DNA of 64,000 nucleotides from the human T2T-CHM13v2.0 reference genome, Homo sapiens. Numbering within the stretch: the stretch's first letter is position 1; each line of letters begins with the position of its first letter. Made by a program: the position numbers and the translations under genes. The stretch is from the NCBI RefSeq assembly GCF_009914755.1, contig NC_060941.1, one strand, 5' to 3'. Below are positions 49,301 to 64,000 of the stretch, piece by piece. Below the pieces are notes generated by a model, which worked only from the letters and a program-made list of their open reading frames with translations, had not been told where the DNA came from and did not search any database.

Positions 49301-51109
49301 GTTGGAAATCATCCCATTTTCTGATTTGTGTCCTGTGAAGTGTCTGTTGCTCCCCTGTCACTGCTGTATCCCTTTCCTAGGACAGTGTCTGCTCCATGCC
49401 AAGCTCTTGCTCCTTCTACAGGATCTGTGTGGGAGGGAGTGCCATCCCCCTTTACAGAGGAGCTGTCTCTGGAGGCCATGTGGCTTGGGGGAGCTATGCG
49501 GTGCTGTGATGGTGAGCCCTGGCCTGTTGGCCCCTAGCCCAGGGCTCTTTCCCTTACAACCCCTGGCTCCCTCCAGGAATGGGCTGAGTAGGCAGGATCT
49601 GTTCATACCAGGCGTCTCTAGGCCTGGCTTCCTGAAGTTTCTCTGCAGAGAACCTGCTTGTCTGGGGTGGGGAGCTGAGGAGCCACCTGGAGGTGAGGCC
49701 CGCCAGGTCTAGACCAGCCCCCTCTTCAAGGAAGCGTGGTGCTTTTCCATGCCTTGACCTGGGCAGTGGGTTGATTGGAGTGAGGGGATACCATGCCCAC
49801 CCTGCCTTGGTCCTCCTGGCTCCATCACCCCATGCCCATGAGGTCCCAGCCCCGTGTGGGAAGAGCAGCAGGTCCACACAAGGCCACCAGCCCTGCCCAG
49901 CCAGACCTCGCCAGCACCCTGTCAGCAGCGGCCAGTCCCCAGGCCCCAGACTGCCGGGTCGGCTCTGAGCTGCCAGCATCTGGGAGCGTGTCTGTGCGTG
50001 TCCCTGCCTCTTAATTGCAAGGGTGTCATTGGGCATCCTTTGTTCTGTATTATCCATCCATCACTGCTACCCACAGCCCTTCTGACTTGGGGTCCAGTCC
50101 GAGTTCTGCCGCTTCCTACTTGGTGACCTTGACAGGGTGTTTTGCTGCTGTGGTCTGTTTCCTTGCCTGTCTAGTGGGGACGTTCTGCTTACCTTTCAGA
50201 TGGCTTCCCAGATCAGGGTGGTGTGAGGGGCTCCACGCTCACAAACTCACACAGTGCCAAGGAAAGGAGATGGCCAGGACATTCAGCGACCCATGACTGT
50301 GACTCTCTGGATGCTGGGGTTTAGGGAGGATTTTCTTGTCTGTATTTGGTTTTTCTACAATGGGCACAGATTACTTGAGCAAAATGTTTTAAATGGAATA
50401 GGATGCAGAGGGTCTGGTACACTCACTCCCTACTGCACAGCAGGTGCCCCAGGGAGCATTTGGGTGGGTGGGTGGTGCTCAGTGTCCACGCCCTCCTGAT
50501 GCCATTGCTACACCCTGTCTTCCTCCTTCCTACTGGCACCTCCTCCCAGCCCCCAGTTCTGCCTTGTCACTTTTAAGCCTGTGTGGAGTCTTTGGCACGG
50601 ATGGCCCTGTGCCCTCTTGTCCCCTCCCTGGAGTCTGCAGGCAGTGGTCACTCTCCAGGGAGCCCCCACCAAGCTTCCTCTGACTTCTGACCCAGTGACC
50701 TTGGCCTGGGCCCCGGGTGGGGGTGTGAGCCCTCCAGGAGTCCAACTGGTTTATGAGTGTGAGCTGCCCTCCCCCAGGCTGCAATGCTGGGCCAGCAGAT
50801 CTGGGTGTCCCCTCACTTCCATTCCAGAAGCCCTTGGGGCTTTCCCAGCCGGTGCCTGTTCTCTGAACCCCCTTGGGACCTTGGATCAAGTGGGCCCTAG
50901 GAGTTTCCCGGCCACCTGCTCTTCCCCAGCAAAGTGGGATCCCCACCTCTGGTCTGACTCCTCCAAAATGTGAAGGCAGGAACATCCCGGAATGACCCCC
51001 TTTTTCAGTTTCCCCAGAAGGTGACAGCGCTCTGGGGGCTGGTTCCTGGTATTCGGTTTTGAGATAACTGACCGTGCAGATCCTTTCACTCAAGGGGGAT
51101 GTGGCTCTG

Positions 51110-51402
<293 letters not shown>

Positions 51403-52791
51403 AGACTGCCATTTTTTACAGTGCGATTTTGTAAAATCGGGTCACCCTCCCAGCACAGCAAGCCCTCGGTTCCTCTGCCCGAAGACACCCCCAACTCTGC
51501 CACGCACGTTACCTACCTTCTCCCACGCTGCCCAGAGCACATGGGATCCTATCATATGCAAAGTCCTGACCTGATGGTTAATTTTTGCCACCTCCCAAGA
51601 ACGCGAAATCCTTCAAACCTCAGCTTAGATACCTTCTTCTCGAAGGTATCTAAGCTGCCTCCCACTTCGGGCCAGGTGTTCCCTCTCCCTCCTGCAGTCA
51701 AAGCACTCAACACTGGGCTGCCCTGTCTCTACCTGTCCCTGCCTGGAGCACGCGCCTCCAGGGTGCGGCCTGGATCTGCTTCCTTCCCCCATCCTGCTGG
51801 GAGTGGACGGAGCTGTGCCCAGGGTCTGTGTTTCCCAAGGACGGGCCTTGCTGTCCTGTGGTCAGCAGGAGGCTGAGCTACTGGAAGCCAGAAGCTGGAG
51901 CACAGAGGCTCCTTCCCCTTCCCCCAAGGATAATCCAGAAATGGTTTCCCCTTGGGCTGGGAATGGATTCTATGGTGGGCGGAGAGTTTAGGGGCCTTGA
52001 GCTGGTTTCTTTATTGGGAGCAGATTCCTCCTGATTATTCTCCACTAGGGCCCGTGGGAAAGAGAACCTTTCTGAGCCCAGCCCATGAGAGCACAGGGAA
52101 GCTGGACTGGGGCTTGCCAGAGAGAGGGGAGGGGACCGGCAGAGACCCCAGGCACGGTGGCATGGGCCAGCACCCCCTGACCGAGTGCTCTGTGCCACCC
52201 GTGCCCACTTGAGTTTCTCATGGCTGTGGCTGGTTGGAGAGGCTGAGGCCGAGAGTCCCTGGACAGCCTTCCCCGAGGTCAGAAGGAGGAAGCATCTGCC
52301 CGGTGCCCTGGCCTGGAGTCACTGCAGGCCTCTCCCCTGCCCCGACTTGGGCTCTGATCTGGGAAGGATGGCCTTGGTGTTTCTACCTTCCACAAGACTT
52401 TGGAGGAAGAGGCTTGCGAAGTTTCCCTTTCTGCTTAGCTGGAGTTTCATGGTTTCTCAGAAAACAGGTTAACAATTAAGCTAATTAACCTCAGGGCCCG
52501 CCGGCCCTCCTTGTGCTTATAAAGCCAGGCTAAATGGCTTCCTCCCCCAGCTTTTCCTACCCCCATTATAAGGCCACAGGTGGTGACAGCCTTCAGCCCT
52601 GAGGTGGGCCGGCCTCTAGATCTGAGCGTGGGGAAGCCAGGGTGCATGGGCGGTCACTGTGAAGCTGGCCTGGCCCCGGGGTGGCAGCCTACTGGACTTG
52701 GAGAGAGAGGCCCTGCTCCACCTGTTTGGGCCGGGCCTAATCGATACCTGAGTGCCAGGACAGACCCCTGCAGCTCCTTCTGTTTCTCCAG

Positions 52792-52821
52792 GTCTCCAGT
52801 GGGGGCTGCAGACTAAGCAAA
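52792..52821 (+). other. LLGL2: LLGL2 exon 2, 5' UTR part
   Basis: Acceptor ctccttctgtttctccag| at 52791. Confidence 0.8.
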
Positions 52822-52896
52822 ATGAGGCGGTTCCTGAGGCCAGGGCATGACCCTGTGCGGGAGAGGCTCAAGCGGGACCTGTTCCAGTTTAACAAG
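52822..52896 (+). CDS. LLGL2: LLGL2 (lethal giant larvae homolog 2) first coding exon, [25 protein letters not shown]; rest of CDS lies beyond the window
   Basis: aaaATG start, AAG|gtaagt consensus donor; peptide is the Lgl-family N-terminus; too short for the ORF track. Confidence 0.95.
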
Positions 52897-53114
52897 GTAA
52901 GTTAGGGAGAGCAGGGAAGATGACCCCCAGGTTTTCGGCCAAGCGGCTCAGGCTGGGGCTGAGGCACCTCTTACCTGGATTAAGGTATAGCTCTTATGTG
53001 ACTGCCTGCAGTGCCTCTTGGGACTCAGACTTTGGAAATGGGGCCTGGTTAAAGGGCTTTTATAGAAAAGGGGAATAGGTTGCCCTCATGAGTTGGGACT
53101 TCTCATCTCAAGGC

Positions 53115-53245
53115 TTTCACTGGCTGTGTGACCTCTGCAAGTCACTCCACCTCATGGAGCCTCAGTTTCCCTACCTGTATCATGGGAATAAAACGATCTG
53201 CCATGTCTACCTCGGCACAGGGTTGTCAAGGAGGTTTAGGGACGT
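53115..53245 (+). mobile_element. MIR SINE fragment
   Basis: ggctgtgtgacctctgcaagtcactccacctcatggagcctcagtttcc. Confidence 0.8.
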
Positions 53246-54046
53246 GGGAGATGAAAGGATGAACTCTTCAGGGGGTGATAATGTTCCAGGTCCCTTGGGG
53301 CCCTGGAGTCACAGGCCATGGCTGTTTCTCCCTTCTCAAATTGCCCCTGAAGGAAAATGCAGCTCCCCTGCAGGCTGAACACGTGATTCCTTCTGGCTCC
53401 GGCCGGGGTGAGTGGGGAGAGGTGCCCAGGAGAATGAGCCGGAGTTGGCCTCGGACTACCCCAATCCCAAACCTGTATCCGGGGTACCAGAAGGCCCACG
53501 GGGCTTCCCTTCAGGAGTCTGGGGCCTGAGAAGGTCAGGACGGGCCTGTACGCAGGAGGCGTGCAGTGTGGCTCTTCAGCTCCCGGGCCACCAAGCAGTG
53601 TGGGGCCTTGTGAGGTAATGATCTTCTCACCTCTGCTTTGCGCCTCTGCTGGGAAGGTGGGCTGCAGGAACTGGGACACTGTGATCCTCTTCCCCCGGGG
53701 AGCCAGGACCCTCCCAATATGCTGAGGGCAGGACATGTGGCTTTCGTTGGGGGCTTCCGTTTGGGCTCCCCTGCCCCCGAAAGGAAGCAGTGGATGTGAG
53801 ACCAGACAGTCTGGAAAAGGGATGTCTCCCTGTGGAGAATGAGGAAGTCTCTTTGGTTGTATTTTTGTTATTGATTTGAGAACTGTAGAAGTCAGCTTGC
53901 CCAGGTGCAAACCCAACTTTGCCACACAGAAGCTGGATGGCCGTGTGCCTGTCGCCCACACCATAGGCTTGTTAAGGGCGTACGTGGGGTGAGGTAACTT
54001 AAGTGCTAGGCACAGTGGCCCAGGAATGCTGGCTGCTGCTGTGGGC

Positions 54047-54135
54047 TGGAGGGGATCTCCGTGACCTCCCTGTTGGGAGAGGTGGGTCGTGGGGTGGAGG
54101 GACCTCCCTGACCTCCCCGTTGGGAGAGGTGGGTC
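54047..54135. repeat. 47-bp tandem duplication (2 imperfect copies)
   Basis: tgacctccc(t/c)gttgggagaggtgggtc at 54062 and 54109. Confidence 0.85.
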
Positions 54136-55252
54136 AGCGCTCCCAACGTGCCCTGCCATTTCTCTCTGGGTTTCTTAGCCTGTGGGAGGAGTTGGTGTCC
54201 CTGATGGAGCTTTGCCACGAGGACATTTGCCTCTGGAATTAGGGCTTTCCTATCCCAACGTGCCTCCTGCCAGCTCGCTTTTGGGCCTTGGGATATGGGG
54301 GTGCAGGTGTTGGGAATGGGAGATCTCAGGACACCTACAGCCTGCTACCCTTGCTCTGGAGGGAGTAGCCTATGGGTGCTGGGTCTCAAAGCTTCAGTGT
54401 CCACGGGAGATGGAAGGGAACTGAGTGACCCCCATCTGCCTCCAGTCTTTCGCTTTGAAAAGGTGGCAGAAACCTGACAGGCTCAGCAAATAGGGCTGAA
54501 CACCCCCCTACCCCTGCCCCCTTGCCCCAAGTTCTGTCTGTGCAGCTGAGTGAGGCTAGGGTGGAGCTGGGGCAAGGAGTTGTCCCTTCTTCTTTCCCCT
54601 ATCCCCCAGGGGTGATCCCCAAACTTGATTGTCCCACTCCCAGGCCTGGGGGTGGCAGAGGGAGGCTCCTGGGTCTCCTGCTCTGCCTTCTTCTTTCCAT
54701 TCATATGCAAGAAGCATGCATTGAGCACTTACTGGATCCACAGCCCAAGGCTCAGGGCTATGGGAATCTGATTAGGCCTCTGCCCTCCACTTTTACAGTC
54801 TGCAGGAGGGAGGAGGCTGATGGCCTGAAATTTCAGGCCTTGGAAGTGGAGAGGAGGAAGGGGAGAGCCCAGGGGATTCAGGAGCGGGGTAGACTCATCC
54901 GGCTCGGGGAGTGTGGTGGGGCCAGCAGGGTGGGATTGGAGGATGAGGCCAGATCCCAGAGGATTTGGGATCCCGTCTGCCCTGCCCCTCCCCAGCCCAG
55001 GCTGTGAAGCAGGGAGGCTGCTGGTATCTGGGCCTGATCTGACCCTGCGGCTCCAGGGGTTGTGAGCAAGGGAGTGAATAGTGGTCCCGTTTACAATGTA
55101 GGAAAGATAAACCTGGAGATGTTTTTACCCTTTGGGCAAGGCAGGTAAGCTCAGAGCAGTTAGGAGACATTGCCCCGACTAAGATAGGTGACAGCCCAGA
55201 AGGAAGGGACTGGAAGCCCAGCCAGTGGGGATGGGAACGAGGCATGAATTGA

Positions 55253-55460
55253 GCAGGGTTTCTCAACTTCAGCACTCACAGATGATATTTGAGGCTGGCT
55301 GTGCTGCGGAGGCTGTCCCGTGCGTTGTAGATTATTTAGCAGTGTCCCTAGTCCTACCCACTAGATGCCAGTAGCACATACATACACACACAGCCTGTCA
55401 AGATGTGACAACCAAGAATGTTTCCTGAGGGGTAAAATCGCTCCTGGTTTGAGACCCATG
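55253..55460. mobile_element. MER20 hAT-Charlie DNA transposon
   Basis: cagggtttctcaac...ttagcagtgtcccta...cccactagatgccagtagcac...aaaatcgctcctggtttgaga. Confidence 0.85.
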
Positions 55461-55944
55461 GAATAGAGAACTATTCAGGGCTGAGATCTGCTGATGGGGC
55501 AGTAAAGAGGGAGGGGATGGGGAGGGGAGGCGGGTGTGCAGGATGACCGTGAAGTCTCTGACCTGGGTAGGTGGTGGTGCCAGGCCTTGGGAGGGGGAGC
55601 CCAGGCCAGGAGTGGCGAAGAACAGATTTGAGGAAAAGTAATGTATTTTGATCGTTTTGATTTGGACACAATCGCAACAACAGTGCTCTCCATTTTTGGA
55701 GAGGCAGCTTGCCCAGAGGTGAGTGGTGCCGACTGCCCGGCTCGCCAGCTGTGTGACCTTGAGCAGGTCACATGCCTCTGAGATAATGATAATCAGAGCC
55801 ACTCCATCCATAGAGTTGGTGTGAGGACTACATGAGTTCCTGCACGAATCGAAGGCCACGTCTGGCTGGCGGCTGCAGTGTCCGGCAGCATCGTTCTGTG
55901 GTGGGTGTCATGTGGCTTGAGGTTGAGTTGGGGGAGCCTTGGGA

Positions 55945-56055
55945 CAGGCCCAGCAGACAGGCGGAGGGCAGGTCCAGCAGACAGACGGAGGGCAGGTCCA
56001 GCAGACAGGCGGAGGGCAGGTCCAGCAGACAGGCGGAGGGCAGGTCCAGCGGACG
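55945..56055. repeat. 24-bp minisatellite, about 4.5 copies
   Basis: ccagc recurs at 55950, 55974, 55998, 56022, 56046; unit ccagcagacaggcggagggcaggt. Confidence 0.96.
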
Positions 56056-56647
56056 GTGGGATACCCAGGGCTGGAGCCTGGAGCGGCACGTGGGCCGTTG
56101 GTGTAGGCGAGGGTCAGGCCCCAGACAGTGTTCATGCTGGCAACTCAGGTCATCTCTTCCAGTGGTCCTGGAAGGCCAGTCTGCTGGGTACTGTGACAGC
56201 TGGGACAGTGGCGCCATCACAGCTCGACCCCAGGTGGCTTGTAGACACTGGCTTCTGAACCAGTTCTGGCCTTTTTGTCCAACACCTTCTGGCTCAACTC
56301 CTTTATACCCACACCAAGCCCGATGCCTCAAAGAGAGCAAGGACATCGCCCCGGGGGTCCTGAGAGGGAGACGTCTTGTTTCTTTGGCTTCAGTACTTCC
56401 AGAGGATCTGTGATTGCGAACAGTCTCTGAACTCTGCCAGGAACTGGCTGTCAGAGCGGTAACTCCAGTTCACCGAGGGCTATGTGCCAGGCATCAGAGG
56501 GGCCAGGTAGTGGTTAGGGGCAGGGACTTTGCAGCCACATGACCTGGGTCTAGATGCGGGCTCTGATGCTTCCTCACTGTGTAAGACACAGTGGACGCAT
56601 TACTTAGCCTCTCTGTTCTTTAGTTTCCTCATCTGTAAAATGGGCAT

Positions 56648-58024
<1,377 letters not shown>

Positions 58025-59540
58025 TCATGATGATCCCTAAGGGAGTGTAATTGCTTCAAACGGTGCCTGACACAGGTCGACGCCTTACCAGGACTTGCCT
58101 TGTTGTGGTGTCACCCTCACAACAACTCAGGATGGGTGTTGCTTCCATTCTGCAGGGGAGGAGACTAAGGCCCCCAGGGCTTGCACAGCTGGAGCTTATC
58201 CGGGGCAGGGGCACTGGCTGGGGTGAGGATGTCCTGGTTTCACCTGTGGTCTGGCTGTGTGGCCTTAGAGTGGTGGCTTCACCTCCCTTCACACCTCAGT
58301 TACTTCACCAGTGAAGTAACTGTTTGCTATATATGGTGGGCCGTCAAGCCTATTGGAGGGATGGACAGACAGACAAGTCAGCTGCAGCACCAGGACAGGG
58401 CCACTGAGGACCAAGGGAAGGAACCATGGGACCTCGGGAGGGAGGAAGTGCTGCTGGAGAAGTCAAGGTAAAACCCGTTCCTAGACAACTGCTCACAGCC
58501 AGCTCGCTCCCCTCGGCCAAACCCAGGCACACCCCAAGCAGCCACACCCATCAGGGCAAACAGGCTGCTGTGCTTGCCCGGCTGCCGCAGAAGCACCTGC
58601 CTGGGCCTTCCCTGCCCGTGCCCACCCTCCCCTGTCCCCTTAGGCCCTGAACAAACAGTGTGTTCCTGACCCAGCAGCCCCTGCGGAGGGCCAGGTTGTT
58701 CTGTATTGGCTTTCGAATGGCTGGGCCCCTGGTGTCAGGTGACAGCAGCCACACAGGGAGGGCCAGGCTGCCGCCACTGCCAGGAATCTGAGCTGGCCAC
58801 ACCCAGCCAGTATCGGGCAGAGTGGCCCGGCCAGGCAGGAGTGCTCCCCCAAGGCGCTGGGCAGCCTCTGAGGGCCTGGTGCCCACCACTGCCTCCTTCC
58901 CACCCCCTGAGGAGTGCCAGGGACTCCTCCTCAGGTCCTAGCCCTTGGGCAGGGTCCTCCCTGGCTGCAGGCAGGATGAAGGCCCCACTGTCTCTGACAG
59001 CCAGCCTTTGCCCACTCGCTCCCCTTCCGGGACCTGGAAAGGAGTCCCAGAGCCCAGGAGAGACGGGCCTTCTCCCCTACTCCAGGCTAACGTTGCAGTC
59101 TGGCGGCTTCTACAAATCTTTGCTCTCCTTTCCCAACCCCCCTGTCAAAAGAGTTCATTGTTCTCTCCTCCCTTGGCAGAGGTCACCTGAGCCAGGTATC
59201 AGATGTGGGCGGGGCCGGGTAGGCTGGATGCCGCGCTTCGGAGGCCCCAGTGGCTGCCAGGCAGCTTTGGTCAGCCTCCTGGTTTGAATCTGAGGAGAGA
59301 TAGCTAGGGTCCTAGAATAGCTGGGGAGGGCTGGTCTTGGAATTCCTTGACCACCCAGGGGCTATGCCCCGTCCCGCCCTCTGTCCTGAGTGCAGCCGCG
59401 ATTCAGGGTTGCTGTGTGTACCTTTGCAGGAAGGCAGCCCTGGGGCTGAGCCCAACCTCCTGTGCTCAGGTGGGTACTTCCTTTTAGGGAGGCCATATGC
59501 ACTCCCTCTAACAGGGACCTGGAACTGTTCCTGAACCCTA

Positions 59541-59972
<432 letters not shown>

Positions 59973-60858
59973 ACACACACACACAAACTAGGGGACAACT
60001 GGGGCACAGCCAGAGGTGCCCATGGAGCCTTCGTTCTTTCCCTGACTGGTTTCCTCAGGACACTAGGCCCTGGGTTTCTAGCTTCTCCCTGTCCCTTCTG
60101 TTAGCTGCTCTTAGTCCTGTTCCCAAATCCCAATCCCTTCCCTGTTCCCAACAAGATCCCTTGGGCTTCTCATAACTAACCTAGGGCTCCCCTGCCTCTC
60201 TGCCCAGCCCGAGCCCCTGTCCTCATAGGACTGCCTGAGGAATCCCCTGGGAGACAGGTCATTTACACATGAAACCATTCTCTTGGCCCTGTCCAGGTAG
60301 AGTCGCTGTGAAGGTCACTGCCCTTATTTTGGTTTTAGGGGAGCCCTGGTCCCTCCAGAGTTGCCAACTTGGAGAAGTGCCCAAGGTGATACTATGGAAC
60401 AATGCGAGCCTCGGAAGGAAGCAGAGGCCTGTGTGTGCTGCAGGGTGGCCTCAGATCCATCATCTCCAATCCAAGGACAGCTCTGCCCAGTGCAGTCACC
60501 AGTACCATCCCGTTTATTAGATGAGAAATGAAGCTCAGGGAGGCCCAGCAGCTCATCCACGACCAGATGCCTTGTACGTGGCAGGAAGGGATACAAAGCT
60601 TAGTGGGTCTGACTCAGTCCCTGTTCTAAATCAGCCTTTGGAAAAGAAGGTGGGGATGGGGGGGAGGGGTGGCCACGATAACTCCAAGGCTTGAAGGGAA
60701 TGAGGAATGAATGCGGGTGGTTGAAGGATGGGCCCAACCCTTTGTCTTCCTCTGAGTTAGAGGAAAGATGCTGAGCCGAACAGGAGTAGTGACTCTGGTG
60801 AAATGTTAGAAGAACTGCCCGCCCTTGACCTGTGGCCTGAGAGCCTAGCAAAAAGTTA

Positions 60859-62045
<1,187 letters not shown>

Positions 62046-63097
62046 AGCATGGGGCCTGCTCCTGGCCAGGCCATTGGGCTCCTGTAGGGCATTTCCACCA
62101 GAGTCCTCCAAATTCCAGAGGCTGTTCCCTGAGCTGCCTCTGCTGCTGGGAAAGTGCTGCTGTCCTGGGAGACGGCTCCGGCTGCTGACTTCCTGAGGCC
62201 CCAGCAACCTGGGGCTGGCTGAGGTCTGGTGGGGCCCCTGGGGGAGCTTGTCCTGCACATCCTATCCCACTGTCTACTCCCCTTTTCCTGGGAAATGTTT
62301 ACATTCCAGACACTCAGCTATCTCTATCCAGGGCTTCTCCAGGCTCTGCATTTTTCGCATAGCTGAACAGGGACCTGGGCTGGCCTGGGGGCCGCTGCTG
62401 GGCCCTATCTGTCCCCCTGGCTATCCCATTTAGGTATGACCATTTGCAGGGCAGGCCCTGTTCCTAGCAAAGGCCAGGCCTGAGGCACCCCCCGTCTCCC
62501 CCGACCTTTTTGTCTCCAGGCATCCCCCAAAATAGGCACTTGTTGGAGCTCTCCTCCCTGCCTGACCCCAGCATGGGATTCCTTGTGAGAGCCATTGGAC
62601 TAGACTGACTGATGGGGGAGGCAGGTAGCAATTGGGTTTGCTAAGCTATCATTGCTAGATCTCATCAGGGACTTCTCCTTTTCTGCTGCTTTGAGGCCTG
62701 GCAGGGCTGCAAAGTAGGAAAGCCCAGGGCCTAAGGAGGCTGCCTCATTGTTGGGACCTTTTTCTGCAAGTCAGAGTCTCTGTGGTTGTTTTTTAAGTCT
62801 TTAAAGCAATCAGTTGACATAGCATCGCTTTGTGCTGTTCTCACCTAGCTCTGCAGGGTCACTATCCCCCGGGGTGGGAGGCGGGGGTCAGATTGGGGTA
62901 ACTGATTAAGAAACTGAACTAAAAACCTTCCTGAAGATGGTTTATCACTCTAAATTTGTAGTGGGTTTATGTTCATACCTTTCTTAACCCACAATTCTAT
63001 CCCTGGGACATCTGCCCCAGGAAATACTCAAGTGGTGCAGACAAAGATAGGAGTCCAAGAATGCCATCGACATGGTTGTTGGATTGCAAACCCTCTA

Positions 63098-64000
<903 letters not shown>

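Noticed and set aside
53236-54159. 307-aa minus-strand ORF in LLGL2 intron 2
   Set aside because: Non-ATG start, no domain or processed-pseudogene hallmarks (poly-A, TSD) visible; ends in a MIR. A PhyloCSF/BLAST check would be needed to revive it.

Overview
Human genomic DNA (GC-rich, Alu-dense), recognisable as the 17q25.1 cluster TMEM94 > < CASKIN2 | TSEN54 > LLGL2 >. I assembled the exons by hand from GT-AG boundaries and reading-frame phase. (1) The last 22 coding exons of TMEM94/KIAA0195/ERMA (+, 33-8664), with the tailed mirtron MIR6785 in a 90-nt intron. (2) The complete CASKIN2 CDS (-, 23170-10410; 19 coding exons, 3609 nt = 1202 aa). (3) The complete TSEN54 CDS (+, 25927-33778; 11 exons, 1581 nt = 526 aa), head-to-head with CASKIN2 on a CpG island. 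(4) The promoter, non-coding exon 1, first coding exon (52822-52896) and two long repeat-rich introns of LLGL2. This is a well-studied eukaryotic locus and I see no new gene family, CRISPR array or tRNA/rRNA gene. The most interesting unexplained structures are a 42-bp tandem repeat that quadruplicates a CASKIN2 splice donor behind an in-frame stop, an intron that is both a mirtron and an open in-frame coding insert, a set of stop-free 3n introns in TMEM94, and two apparent templated-insertion scars (one with interleaved, pseudoknot-like inverted repeats). Repeat family names and reference-allele comparisons come from memory of consensus sequences, not from a search; repeat boundaries are approximate.
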